Shown here one piece after another: positions 1 to 10,170 of a DNA stretch of 64,000 nucleotides. Position 1 is the first letter of the stretch. The number at the start of each line of letters is the position of its first letter. The notes under the pieces are model-generated. The model made no database searches. It was not told where the DNA came from and saw only the letters and a program-made list of their open reading frames with translations. Source of the stretch: an uncultured Candidatus Saccharibacteria bacterium (GTDB lineage Bacteria; Patescibacteriota; WWE3; UBA101185; UBA10185); NCBI GenBank assembly GCA_964385105.1, contig CAYLMU010000002.1, positions 53,672-117,671 on the forward strand, given 5' to 3'. The position numbers and the translations under genes are program-made.

Positions 1-1449
1 AGAATCGTACTTTCCAGTTTTTGGACGATGTGAAAAAGTCAATTGTATTTCCTCCCACTTCTATTAAGGCGTCTGTGTTGTCATCTACGGGTTCTGAAAG
101 CATATCAATGTAAGAGTTAGACCTTACCGTACCACCTCCGCTTAATCGAATCCAGGGGCCGTTTATGCAAAAATCTTTAGTTTCCGAGTTTCCTGCCAAG
201 TCTTCTGCATAAAACCTTACAACCTTACAAACTTTCCAGTTGCTATTACAAAAATCAGTTTTTGGTGTTATTAAGTAGGCCGAATTAGCGCCGGGTGAAA
301 ACGGTGGAGTAATTAAGAAAACCCATTGATTCTGCTGCCATGTTCCGTTACAAGAAAGAATATTAGGATAATGACCAAATGTAGGCTGTGCATCTACTTT
401 GTATTGATATCTATCTGTAAATACAGACAAGCCCGACATATCATCTTCAACATTTGTATAAACATACAGCTCGTGACTGGATCCGAAAAGCCCTCTATAA
501 GCTCCGGAGTTATTCCAGTTTCCGGGTGGGGTTTGGTCGAGTTTAAATGACACGCAATTTGTAATCGGGGATAAACACGAATGAAACTCAATATTGTTGT
601 TGTTGTCTACGCTATAGTATTCTAGAGTATTAGGTTCCCGGTCAGTGGCAATTGTTAATGAGGTTTGAGTGGAGGTTGCTGATGAGCTTATGTTAACAGC
701 ATCAACCCATATACTGCCCGGACCTGATAATCCAAGGTCAATGTAAACCCCAACTGCGTTAGCCGCCGTAACGGTATAGTTTAAAGAAACCTTTGTCCAA
801 CCATTGGAACCTTTGAGTGTGTTACTTTGAGCAAGTTCCTGATAAGTAAATGTATTTTCGCCGCTTGGAATTACTGCATATATTTTAAAATAAGCACTTC
901 CTGTTACATCTTGTGTTCTAAACCATGCAGATGCCGTCATGTTATCGTATGGAACTGCAGGAGCATAACTATTTTTGTTATTTATTCCATGCCATGAACC
1001 ACCTAAAGCAGTGATTTTCGCTGAATGGTTTGGGAATGAAGGCGCACTTGTTGAATCTTGTTGGTACGCACCTTCTGGGTCAATAACCGTAGCTTCCCAG
1101 TTCTCAATGCCCGTGCTTGTGTTTCCGGTAGTTTCCAACGAAGGATTTTGCACAAGGTTTTCAGTATTTGAAAATGATGTGGTTACCCAATTTCCGCCAT
1201 TTATTCGATAATTAATTTCTTTTACACCGCTTTCAAGGTCGGTGGCTTGAAGTGTAAAGTGTACAGGTGTAACATACCAACCATTTTTACCGTTTGGGGA
1301 TGATGGGTTTTGCAAAAGTGAAGTTACCGGCGGGGCTGTATCACCTGACTGACCAAAAGCCGTGTTTATAAAAAAAGTGATGCTTAACAAAAACACTAAA
1401 GAGAATGTAAAAATGAGCAGATTTTTGACCTTACGAAATGAGGGCATGT
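1..1449 (-). CDS. Secreted protein, 5'-truncated by the window edge. N-terminal signal peptide followed by an OmpL47-type/Ig-like beta-sandwich segment (motif NGWYvtPVhftLqAtDleSGVkeInYRinGGnW)
   Basis: My own translation of the minus strand from the ATG at 1449: MPSFRKVKNLLIFTFSLVFLLSITFFINTAFGQSGDTAPPVTS... The ORF stays open to position 1, so it is missing from the supplied ORF track. It ends 12 nt from the hisS stop, co-directional with hisS. Confidence 0.55.
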
Positions 1450-1461
1450 ATAAATAATAAC

Positions 1462-2724
1462 TTAAATATTTTCGGTTGTCTGTGTTCCTTGTGACATGTC
1501 TTTTATTGTAATTGTATTGTTCTTTAGCTCTTCGTCGCCGATTATAATAACTTTTTCATAACCTCTTTTGTTTGCTGCGCGTAAAGCACTTGTTAATGAT
1601 TGTTCGTTTAAATCAAGTTCAATTTGAAAACCTTTGCTTCTAAGCACATTGGCTACTTTCAATACTTGTAAATATTGAGACTCGTTAAGCAAAGGCATAA
1701 AATACATTTTTTTATATTTGTTGAGGTCGGGGATTAAATTCCAGTTTTCAAGAAATATACGCAAAGTTTCATTACCAGGGGCAAATCCTACAGCAGGAAA
1801 GTTTTGTGCACCAAAAATGTTTGCGAGACCATTATATCTGCCACCTCCAAATAAAGATCTTTTATTCTCCGGGTTTTCATCAAACACTTCAAAAATCATT
1901 CCATCGTAGTAGTCAAAACCTCTAATTATACTGGTTTTGCACTTGGCATTATTGTCATAACCAAGTGTGGTCATTGCATTTTGTAAATATTGAATATCCT
2001 GAAAACCAGCTGTTTCTTTGAGATTACTAATATCGCCGTTTAAAAAGTTTAAAATACTATCTATGGATTGTGCATTTAAACGGTTATCGCTTAATAACCC
2101 CTTAAAATCATCTTTATTCTCGAATTTCTCAAATTTATCCAGTAATCGTGAAATTTTAATTTTTTCATCTTGATCTGTGATGTTTAGGATTTTTTCAAAA
2201 AAGTCATTTAATAGTTTTCGACTGCTGTAGTTTAGCACAAATGAATTGTTTGGGGCATTAAAAGCTTTCATAAGTTCAATTGCTAATGAAAGTACTTCAA
2301 CATCAGCATTTAATGAATCTTCACCAAAAATATCTGCATTTAATTGCCAAAACTCACGGTTACGACCCTTTTGGGGACGTTCATTACGATAAAAGCTTGA
2401 AATGTTAAAAAGTCTAATAGGCTTTTCTTGTTCTTTATAAATACTTGCAACAAGTCTTGTTACAGAGGGTGTCATTTCAGGTCTTAACGCAAGTTCCCTG
2501 TTTGAAAGGTCGGTTAGTGTGAATAGTTCTTTATTGCCCACATCTTCACCTGATTTTGCTTTATAAATTTCGGAAGATTCAAGAAGAGGTGTCTGGTACT
2601 CTTTGTACCCAAACTTAAGGCATACATCTCTCCAAACGCTAAAAATATAATCTAAAGTTAAGTACTCGTTTGGTAAATAGTCTTTGGTTCCTTTATATGG
2701 TTGTGTTGAGATGGTGTTTGCCAT
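1462..2724 (-). CDS. hisS: Histidine--tRNA ligase (class II aaRS)
   Basis: 420-aa ORF; N-terminal YKGTKDYLP, motif-2-like ELALRPEMTPSVTR, motif 3 GGGRYNGL, C-terminal anticodon-binding domain. Confidence 0.9.
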   Translation of the reverse strand: MANTISTQPYKGTKDYLPNEYLTLDYIFSVWRDVCLKFGYKEYQTPLLESSEIYKAKSGEDVGNKELFTLTDLSNRELALRPEMTPSVTRLVASIYKEQEKPIRLFNISSFYRNERPQKGRNREFWQLNADIFGEDSLNADVEVLSLAIELMKAFNAPNNSFVLNYSSRKLLNDFFEKILNITDQDEKIKISRLLDKFEKFENKDDFKGLLSDNRLNAQSIDSILNFLNGDISNLKETAGFQDIQYLQNAMTTLGYDNNAKCKTSIIRGFDYYDGMIFEVFDENPENKRSLFGGGRYNGLANIFGAQNFPAVGFAPGNETLRIFLENWNLIPDLNKYKKMYFMPLLNESQYLQVLKVANVLRSKGFQIELDLNEQSLTSALRAANKRGYEKVIIIGDEELKNNTITIKDMSQGTQTTENI

Positions 2725-2821
2725 GGGTTTATTATAGCTTAAAAACGGGTGATTTTAAGAAATTTACTTTGCAGCCAATTATTTGACAGGGCAAATGTTA
2801 TAGGTTATAATTCTAAATTGT

Positions 2822-3068
2822 AAAGGCTGCACTTTTCCCGAGGAGACCTAGAGAGTCGCTCTCACTAGGTGAGTGAACAGCCAAAAAAGTAACATCCGAG
2901 GGCCTTGCGGGGCATTTTGGAGACGTCCAATTCAGCAAGGTTTAAAAATTCTTGAGCCTGAGGTTTGCGCAAACTTTGGGTTCGGCGGATACTAATGTGG
3001 ATAAAGGTAGATTAGGTGATGTTAGAGCCCCTGCCAAAATCTCCTCCATGTTAGTATCCGTTTTTTTT
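2822..3068 (+). ncRNA. Candidate structured small RNA of unknown class. GC-rich, with multiple nested hairpins, ending in a long stem plus T9
   Basis: GC content is visibly higher than the flanks. Helices include cctagagag/ctctcactagg and ccttgc...gcaagg. A terminal stem cggatactaatgtgg/ccatgttagtatccg is followed by ttttttttt at 3060-3068. The region holds no ORF of 60 aa or more. Confidence 0.3.
2988..3068 (+). terminator. Intrinsic terminator-like element: long imperfect hairpin with G-U pairs, followed by a T9 run
   Basis: ggatactaatgtgg ... ccatgttagtatccg ttttttttt. Confidence 0.4.
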
Positions 3069-3251
3069 TCACATATAACTCACTTTTTAATCAAATAGCA
3101 GCAGTTTTTATAGATATTAAACACACAGTACTTAAAAATATAGGCTTAAATATTTTTGGAGATATTTATATGAACGCCTTGATAAAAGACCTATAGCATT
3201 TTAAAATAACGCCATATTTTTAGTTTCATCAAATGCCAAAAGGAGGGCATT

Positions 3252-4364
3252 GTGAAAAGAGTTTTTGTGGCGGTGGTGTGTGTTGTGCTTTTTCTGTTAG
3301 GCTCAGTGACTCAAGCGGCACAGATTGAGGACTCCTGGGAATGGATTTTGGATGATGAAAGGAGCGAAGTGCGAGAGTTGGAAAACCGCGCGGAGCTTGT
3401 TTTTAATCTTGTTCCTTCGAGTAAAGAAGGATTTCCAAGATTTGAAGCTCAGCGGGAGTTGATGTCGATTAAGAGGAATCTTGAAATTGGTTGTGTTGAG
3501 GTTAATGACCTAACTATGGTTAATTTCGGTGATTCTGCAGCCTTTGTTTTGAGGGCGAGCCAGCAATTTTCAAAGCAGTGTTTGCTCGTCTTGCAAGGCT
3601 TGGGAATTGAAATTGCCGGTGGGTTAGAGTTAACCGCGGAGATCTTGCGGAATCTTGATACCTTTACGCTCGTGGCCACTAATCGGGTGAGCCCGAGGAC
3701 TTACTGGGTTTATTTTAAGGATGAACCAGTGGGCATCTGGCATGGGATTCTCCCTGACAGGCTGAGCGACGGTACCGTGCATGATTGTATCAAGCGCGGC
3801 ATTAGCGCTATTTCTGGGTATACCGGACACACTGGGATTTCTATATTTGAACCCACGCTGAATGCCAATGCAAGATTTGTTCGACGCTATGACATTCAGC
3901 AGCCTGGTGTAAAGGTGCCCAACCTCTGTCAAGATGGAAACTTATCCAGGCAGGATTACTCTCCGAACTGGATTGGTTATTATGACAATGGGAATGGTGC
4001 CCATTTCATCCACTGGATTGCCAGTGGTAATGAAACGCACATCAAAGTGGTGAAGAACAATGCCACATTTGTTGTGTATGAGCGTATTGGTTTTGACCAG
4101 TACGAAGAGATAGCGACACTTTCCGAAGGGTCGCTGGTGAACATTCATCGGTCCGATAGGCTTTTTGTTTTCGTAACAATAAGCAATGGACAACTGGTGT
4201 GGTTACGACCTGCATCATATGATGGATTGTTTTACACTGATATCTCTTCCCTGAGTTTGAGGTCCGATGAGCCGGGCTTGGGGCTGTCTTACGTGTTTAA
4301 TTTTGACGCTCCTCCCTGGTGGTTCGGTCATGGCCCGACTTACCGCCAGCAAATTGTGAACTAA
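3252..4364 (+). CDS. Secreted hypothetical protein with signal peptide MKRVFVAVVCVVLFLLGSVTQAA. The gene is compositionally GC-rich relative to the window
   Basis: GTG start with AAGGAGGG SD 5 nt upstream; 370-aa ORF. The high GC content generates spurious antisense ORFs at 3449-4193. Confidence 0.6.
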   Translation: MKRVFVAVVCVVLFLLGSVTQAAQIEDSWEWILDDERSEVRELENRAELVFNLVPSSKEGFPRFEAQRELMSIKRNLEIGCVEVNDLTMVNFGDSAAFVLRASQQFSKQCLLVLQGLGIEIAGGLELTAEILRNLDTFTLVATNRVSPRTYWVYFKDEPVGIWHGILPDRLSDGTVHDCIKRGISAISGYTGHTGISIFEPTLNANARFVRRYDIQQPGVKVPNLCQDGNLSRQDYSPNWIGYYDNGNGAHFIHWIASGNETHIKVVKNNATFVVYERIGFDQYEEIATLSEGSLVNIHRSDRLFVFVTISNGQLVWLRPASYDGLFYTDISSLSLRSDEPGLGLSYVFNFDAPPWWFGHGPTYRQQIVN

Positions 4365-4371
4365 ACTATGA

Positions 4372-4418
4372 GGGCGACGATTGTATGTCTGTACGAATGC
4401 AATTGCCGCCCTTTTTTA
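4372..4418 (+). terminator. Rho-independent terminator
   Basis: ggcgacgattg ...loop... caattgccgcc with G-U pairs, followed by cttttttatttg. Confidence 0.5.
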
Positions 4419-4469
4419 TTTGTCTTACCTTTTCATATTGTACAATTTATATTAGTATGTTAAAAATAA

Positions 4470-4727
4470 ATGATGTCATTAACCAAAGATGATTTAAAGA
4501 AAATTAGCGATATGATTGATGCAAAGATAGATTTAAGAATAGAACCTCGTTTAACAGCATTAGAAGAGCGCATTGATTTCCTACCCACAAAAGACGAATT
4601 TTATACCATGATGGACAAACTTTTAGGTGTAATGAATAGAATAGAGCAAGAAAATGAGTTTTGGAAAGCTCGGATTTTAAATCATGAAGATAGATTGCGC
4701 ACTGTTGAAGACGCTTTAGAGTTGTAA
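4470..4727 (+). CDS. Small coiled-coil hypothetical protein (85 aa)
   Basis: ORF with heptad-like charged repeats; no recognisable domain; weak SD. Confidence 0.4.
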   Translation: MMSLTKDDLKKISDMIDAKIDLRIEPRLTALEERIDFLPTKDEFYTMMDKLLGVMNRIEQENEFWKARILNHEDRLRTVEDALEL

Positions 4728-4776
4728 AGTTACTTTTATTTACTATTTTAATTATTTAAACTAAACTACATTAGTT

Positions 4777-5877
4777 ATGTCACTGGCTCTTGGTATAGTA
4801 GGCCTTCCCAATGTAGGCAAATCAACACTTTTTAATGCGCTTTTAAAGCGTGAGGCAGCGCTTGCAGCAAATTATCCGTTTGCAACAATTGAACCTAATA
4901 TAGGAGTTGTTGATGTGCCCGATAATCGCCTTGAGGTACTTGCCAACCATGTCGAACACGACTACAAGCAATATCCTGAAAAAATAATTCCGGCTACAGT
5001 TAAATTTTATGATATTGCAGGTTTAGTTAAAGGTGCGTCAGAAGGGGAGGGTTTGGGCAACAAGTTTTTAAGTCATATTCGTGAGGTAGATGCTGTAGTA
5101 CATTTAGTTAGGGCATTTACGGATACAAATGTTGTTCGAGAAGGTTCGGTGTCGCCTAAGGATGATATTCAAATAATAAATACAGAGTTAATTCTTGCTG
5201 ATTTGCAAACTTTAGAGTCAAGAATGGAAAAACACCAAAAAAATTTAAAAAGTGATAAAAATGCAGAAAATCTAAAAAAGGCTCAGTTGTATGAAGTTAT
5301 CTATAAAAAATTGAGCGAAGGAAATCTTGCCCTTGAGGCGAATTTGTCAGATGATGAATCACTATTGGTAAAAGACCTTAATCTGCTTACACTAAAACCT
5401 GTACTTTATGTATACAATGTGGATGAGTCTGCTTTAGCTATACCGTTTGAAAATTTGGAAGCTGTTAAAGGATTACCTTATGGAACTATAATCTCAGCCA
5501 AAATTGAGTCAGAATTGAGTTCATTGTCAAAAGATGATCAGGAATTATATATGAAAGATTTGGGTATATCTGAGAGCGGCTTAGACAAGGTAATTAAAAA
5601 AGGGTATGAGTTATTGCAATTACAAACTTTCTTAACTGCTGGGCCTAAAGAAGTACGTGCCTGGACAATAAAAAGAGGTATGAAAGCTCCACAGGCTGCA
5701 GGTGTAATACATACGGATTTTGAAAGAGGATTTATTAAAGCTGAAATTTTATCGTTTGATGACTTAATTAAGGCGCAGGGTTTTAAAAATGCCAAAGAAC
5801 AAGGTCTATTGAGACTAGAAGGTAAAGACTACGTAATGAAAGAAGGAGATATAGTTGAGTTTAAATTTAATGTGTAG
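4777..5877 (+). CDS. ychF: Ribosome-binding ATPase YchF (Obg-like GTPase family)
   Basis: N-terminal LGIVGLPNVGKSTLFNAL P-loop; TGS-like C-terminus DFERGFIKAEI. Confidence 0.9.
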   Translation: MSLALGIVGLPNVGKSTLFNALLKREAALAANYPFATIEPNIGVVDVPDNRLEVLANHVEHDYKQYPEKIIPATVKFYDIAGLVKGASEGEGLGNKFLSHIREVDAVVHLVRAFTDTNVVREGSVSPKDDIQIINTELILADLQTLESRMEKHQKNLKSDKNAENLKKAQLYEVIYKKLSEGNLALEANLSDDESLLVKDLNLLTLKPVLYVYNVDESALAIPFENLEAVKGLPYGTIISAKIESELSSLSKDDQELYMKDLGISESGLDKVIKKGYELLQLQTFLTAGPKEVRAWTIKRGMKAPQAAGVIHTDFERGFIKAEILSFDDLIKAQGFKNAKEQGLLRLEGKDYVMKEGDIVEFKFNV

Positions 5878-5961
5878 AAAGTTTGTTTAATATCTATTCT
5901 AAATAGTGTTGTAGGTATAGACAAATATGGACACTTCTGTATAATAATGATTGCTATGACA

Positions 5962-6237
5962 CAGTATGAGTTAATGACAATAACAGATTTGAATGTGGGA
6001 GAAGATGGAGCCCGATCTATTTCCAATCAAATTAAAGATATAATAACTGCAAAGAAGGGCAAAATCCTTGATAGTGATTTTTGGGGAAAGCGTAAGTTTT
6101 CTTATGAAATAGATCACAAAGATGAAGGATTTTATGAAGTTATTAAGTTTGAGCTTGACTCTGAAGAAGTCCCTGATGTTAAATTACGGCTCAATTTAAT
6201 AAATGGTTTAACAAGGTATTTAGTTACTACTGAGTAA
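5962..6237 (+). CDS. rpsF: 30S ribosomal protein S6
   Basis: MTQYELMTI... aligns with the S6 N-terminus MRHYEIVF; a DWGKRKFSYEI motif is present. The track ORF starts 15 nt earlier at 5947. The rpsF-ssb-rpsR gene order is conserved. Confidence 0.8.
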   Translation, partial: QYELMTITDLNVGEDGARSISNQIKDIITAKKGKILDSDFWGKRKFSYEIDHKDEGFYEVIKFELDSEEVPDVKLRLNLINGLTRYLVTTE

Positions 6238-6278
6238 AGTAGTTTATTGATAGGCAAGACCTATCGGAAGGAATAGCA

Positions 6279-6719
6279 ATGGCTAACAGAAATGTAAATA
6301 AAGTAATACTAGTAGGAAATTTAACAAAAGATCCTGAACTAAGATACACACCACAGGGTAATGCAGTTTGTAACTTTACAATTGCTACAAACAGATCATG
6401 GACTGTAGATGGGGAAGAAAAAGAAGCTGTGGACTTTCACAATGTGGTTTCATGGAATAAACTTGCTGAAATCTGCGGACAGCTGTTAACAAAAGGCTCG
6501 ATGGTATATGTAGAAGGTAGACTTCAAACCAGAAACTGGATGGGCGATGACAATATTAAAAGATACAAAACTGAAGTAAGTATCGATGAAATGATATTGC
6601 TTAGAAATCCAAAAGATGGAGATCGAGTTGAAGGTGAAGAAATGATGTCACAAGAAGATGATGGCATAGAAGAAATGGGCGATGTTAATATTGACGATCT
6701 CTTAAATGAGATTGAATAA
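6279..6719 (+). CDS. ssb: Single-stranded DNA-binding protein
   Basis: OB fold with VNKVILVGNLTKDPELRYTPQGNAVCNFTIATN; acidic C-terminal tail; AAGGAA SD. Confidence 0.9.
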   Translation: MANRNVNKVILVGNLTKDPELRYTPQGNAVCNFTIATNRSWTVDGEEKEAVDFHNVVSWNKLAEICGQLLTKGSMVYVEGRLQTRNWMGDDNIKRYKTEVSIDEMILLRNPKDGDRVEGEEMMSQEDDGIEEMGDVNIDDLLNEIE

Positions 6720-6733
6720 TTTAAACAAATATT

Positions 6734-6970
6734 ATGGCTAGAAAGAAAACAAGAAAAGTAAAGAGTCAGGAATGTTATTTTACTAAAACAGGTACTGAAC
6801 CTAATTATAAAGATGTACTTATCTTAAGACGGTTTATATCTGACAGAGGTAAGATACTTCCTCAGAGTGCTACCGGCGTGACTGCTAAAAATCAACGATT
6901 GTTGGCTGAGGCGATTAAACGCGCCAGGTACATGGCACTTTTGCCTTACACTGATAGACATATGATTTAA
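6734..6970 (+). CDS. rpsR: 30S ribosomal protein S18
   Basis: 78 aa; [12 protein letters not shown] and [13 protein letters not shown] motifs. Confidence 0.9.
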   Translation: MARKKTRKVKSQECYFTKTGTEPNYKDVLILRRFISDRGKILPQSATGVTAKNQRLLAEAIKRARYMALLPYTDRHMI

Positions 6971-6988
6971 AGATGCTATCATAATAAT

Positions 6989-7942
6989 ATGCCCGTCTTG
7001 TCCTTTCATGAAGGTATTTCAGAGTTGTCATTTTTGCTGTTAGAGAACCCCGGTGATCTTGAGAACAGTAAAAAGTTAAGCTATCCATATACATATTCTG
7101 AAAAATTATTTGGTAGGTCATTTACCAAACAGGAATACTACAATACATTATTTCAAACCGTTGCAAATGAGTTTGGAATTAAGCTATCTGATGTTGAAAT
7201 TTTTGCAAGCGGAGTTTTGAGTGTACCGGAAGTACCAATTGAACCAACAAAAAAAGCATACTTAATAAACTCGATTCCTGAAAATTATATTTATTTAAGT
7301 TCAAACATTTTTGCGGTTGGAAACGACTATATATTTGCCTATCCTCTTAGCGATATTGACCCGGAAGATAATAGTAAGGCCAATCTAGCTATTTACTCGA
7401 ATGTTAACTATCACGAAACAAGTGATGTTTTAGCAAAAGATAGTATTTTGAGAAATTTTTCTACAAATTTTGTTCTAGAACCCCGTGAAGTTGTAATTAC
7501 CGGTGAGAGATGTTCAGACAAACGCATATCCGCTGCAATTACACACTTGCTTATAATAGATATTTTGAGAGAATCCGGGATTTTTAACATTAAACTTGAT
7601 GAAGAAAACAATTTTGTACATTCATTTATGTTTGAGAGCTTTGAACCTCAATCAATATCTATAGGTACGCTAATAAATTCCCCAGGAAAAACTGAATGTT
7701 TGTATGAGACTGATGTAGGAACTAAACAGCTTATTGATTTAGATGCAGGAAAACTTTTCATAATACCTTTAGATGCAGGTTCGACGGCTCGTGTTATGGT
7801 AAAGAGTTCGGGATGGAAAGGAGAAAAAGTGGTTTATGGCGGTGAACTGGGGGTAATTCTTGATACGCGCGAAAAATCTAACGGAGGAGTATTTAAAGAG
7901 ATGTATGCCGATGTAGTAAATAAATCACTTCATAGATTATGA
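6989..7942 (+). CDS. Hypothetical cytoplasmic protein (317 aa). It is translationally coupled to the next gene through an ATGA overlap
   Basis: Long ORF with coding-like composition; no motif I can assign. Confidence 0.5.
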   Translation: MPVLSFHEGISELSFLLLENPGDLENSKKLSYPYTYSEKLFGRSFTKQEYYNTLFQTVANEFGIKLSDVEIFASGVLSVPEVPIEPTKKAYLINSIPENYIYLSSNIFAVGNDYIFAYPLSDIDPEDNSKANLAIYSNVNYHETSDVLAKDSILRNFSTNFVLEPREVVITGERCSDKRISAAITHLLIIDILRESGIFNIKLDEENNFVHSFMFESFEPQSISIGTLINSPGKTECLYETDVGTKQLIDLDAGKLFIIPLDAGSTARVMVKSSGWKGEKVVYGGELGVILDTREKSNGGVFKEMYADVVNKSLHRL

Positions 7943-8931
7943 GCACATATATTCCTGTTTACAAAAAAATGAAATATTCACCCAACTCTTTAATAACAAG
8001 GAAATTGCCTGTTCAAGGGGATTTGGTCGTAAAAGAGGGGGATACTGTAGTTCCGTTTACCAAAATCGGAAGGTCAAAAGTATCTGCAGATTCATTTATA
8101 CTGCCACAAAAAATAAAGCTAGACAAACGTATAGACTTAGATTCATATATTTATAAAGATGAGGTTATAGGCAAGGTAGGATTTAAAAAGTTTTTGGCGC
8201 CATATAATGGCTTTGTAACAAAAAACAACAACGGCGAACTAGTATATTTTCAAGAAATGCATGATGTTTGGATTTTATCGGGAGTGTGGGGTACAGTAAA
8301 ACAGGTTGCTAAAGGGCTTTCAGTTACCATAGAAACAAAATCAATAGATATAAGCTTTGTGTCGTCATCATCCGAGTCTATTATGGGTGAGCTGATAGTG
8401 TTTCCGAATCCCTCAGATTTATTAGATGCAGAATATCTTCAGAAATTTGCCGGTAACACAAAAAATAAAATAATTTACATTGGTAATCATATTAGAAAAC
8501 AAATAGTTGACTTGGCAGCAGAACTAAAAACAGGAGCTCTCATTGCAGGCAGTATAGACAAGTCAACATATAACTATGCTAAAAAGCTAGGTGTCTCGGT
8601 TTCAATAACAACAGGATTTGGGCATTTTGATACACCGGACTATATTTTTGAGTTTCTGAAAAATGTTTCAAACAGGCACGTGTTTGTAAATGGGAGTGAC
8701 GGATTATTGCAAGTACCAATGCCTGAGGATAATAAATTTATACAAGCGAATGATTCTGAAAAATGTTTAAAAATGGTAGAACAGGGTCTTAAGGTTATGA
8801 TATTCAATAAAACTGATTTTGGGGAAGTAGGTATTGTAGAAAAAATGCAGGACGAAATCATTTATGTTAAACTCAACAAGTCTGAAAAAATTGCAGAGGT
8901 TAAAATACCTAATATATTTGCAATAGAATAA
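7939..8931 (+). CDS. Hypothetical protein (330 aa)
   Basis: Start codon overlaps the stop of the upstream gene (ATGA at 7939-7942); no recognisable motif. Confidence 0.5.
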   Translation: MSTYIPVYKKMKYSPNSLITRKLPVQGDLVVKEGDTVVPFTKIGRSKVSADSFILPQKIKLDKRIDLDSYIYKDEVIGKVGFKKFLAPYNGFVTKNNNGELVYFQEMHDVWILSGVWGTVKQVAKGLSVTIETKSIDISFVSSSSESIMGELIVFPNPSDLLDAEYLQKFAGNTKNKIIYIGNHIRKQIVDLAAELKTGALIAGSIDKSTYNYAKKLGVSVSITTGFGHFDTPDYIFEFLKNVSNRHVFVNGSDGLLQVPMPEDNKFIQANDSEKCLKMVEQGLKVMIFNKTDFGEVGIVEKMQDEIIYVKLNKSEKIAEVKIPNIFAIE

Positions 8932-8934
8932 CAA

Positions 8935-10152
8935 ATGTCACGATTTACGAAATTTCAAATTATACTTGTAACTTTTTTAATAGGCGTAAGCACGTTTTAT
9001 GGCGGCTATTACCTAGGTAAGAGGGGATTTGTTTATGAGGTTAAGAAAAACCCTCCATCAATACAGGTTCATAATCAATATCCAGGTGATCAGGAAATAG
9101 ATTTTGCATTGTTTTGGGAAGTTTGGGATTTAGTCGGAAAGACATATCTTGAAAGGCCGGTTGATGGCCAAAAAATGATGTATGGAGCAATCCAAGGTAT
9201 GGTAGCTGCACTAGAAGACCCATACACTTCATTTTTACCCCCACAATTAAACGAAACGGTTATGAATTCCATAAACGGTACATATTATGGAATAGGCGCA
9301 GAGCTTGATATTAGAGATAATCAATTAATGATTGTTGCACCGCTTGATGGATCTCCGGCTGAAGAAGCAGGTGTACAGGCAGGTGACTTTATTCTAAAAA
9401 TAGAAGATGAATCAACTGCAGGAATCACTTTAACTGAAGCCGTATCAAAAATTCGTGGTGAAATAGGCACAATTAGCACACTTACACTTCAAAGAGTAAA
9501 CTCGGACCCTTTTGTTGTACAAATTAAAAGAGGTGCTATAAATATTGAGGGTGTAACATGGGAAGATAAAGGCGAAGGAACAGTTTATATGCGTATAAGT
9601 ACTTTTGGTGCTGATACAAATGAAGAATGGACAAAGGCAGTAAAAGAAATAAATGCCAAAGTAACAGAACTTGACGCAATAATTTTGGACGTAAGGGGAA
9701 ATCCCGGCGGGTATCTGCAAGCAGCTGTTTATATAGCCGAAGAGTTTTTTAGAGGTGAACCGGTACTTTATCAGGAAACTGCAACAGGTGAGCAAATTGT
9801 TTATGAGGCAAAAAGAACAGGGTCATTTGAGAGTGTACCAAGAGTTATTGTTCTTATAGATGAGGGTAGTGCTTCAGCATCAGAAATTCTTGCTGCAGCA
9901 CTTAAAACAAACAAAGATGCCATATTAGTTGGTGAAAAAAGTTTTGGTAAAGGAACTATACAGGATGCACAGGACTTTGAAGACGGGTCGGGAGTTCATA
10001 TTACAGTTGCAAAGTGGCTAACCCCAAATAAAGAATGGGTACATAAAGCAGGTATAACTCCAGATGAGATTGTTGAGAGAACAATTGAACATTTTAATGA
10101 AGGAGTTGACCCTCAACTTGATAAGGCAATTGAACTTGCCAACGAAATTTAG
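8935..10152 (+). CDS. ctpA: Carboxy-terminal processing protease (S41 family) with PDZ domain and N-terminal membrane anchor
   Basis: PDZ-like GIGAELDIRDNQLMIVAPLDGSPAEEAGVQAGDFILKI; S41 catalytic region VIVLIDEGSASASEILAAALK. Confidence 0.85.
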   Translation: MSRFTKFQIILVTFLIGVSTFYGGYYLGKRGFVYEVKKNPPSIQVHNQYPGDQEIDFALFWEVWDLVGKTYLERPVDGQKMMYGAIQGMVAALEDPYTSFLPPQLNETVMNSINGTYYGIGAELDIRDNQLMIVAPLDGSPAEEAGVQAGDFILKIEDESTAGITLTEAVSKIRGEIGTISTLTLQRVNSDPFVVQIKRGAINIEGVTWEDKGEGTVYMRISTFGADTNEEWTKAVKEINAKVTELDAIILDVRGNPGGYLQAAVYIAEEFFRGEPVLYQETATGEQIVYEAKRTGSFESVPRVIVLIDEGSASASEILAAALKTNKDAILVGEKSFGKGTIQDAQDFEDGSGVHITVAKWLTPNKEWVHKAGITPDEIVERTIEHFNEGVDPQLDKAIELANEI

Positions 10153-10170
10153 GTATAATACCATTACTTT

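Noticed and set aside
2725-3070. T-box leader for hisS on the minus strand
   Set aside because: No T-box consensus (AGGGTGGNACCGCG) or specifier-loop architecture is found on the hisS leader strand. The terminator-like hairpin plus T-run is on the plus strand.
3449-4193. Three minus-strand ORFs of 76-100 aa
   Set aside because: They are antisense to the GC-rich secreted-protein gene and have no SDs.
3252-4364. Definite horizontal transfer call for the GC-rich genes
   Set aside because: The GC shift coincides with secreted, Gly/Ala/Cys/Pro-rich proteins (also 46252 and 47376), so an amino-acid composition effect cannot be excluded without codon-level analysis.
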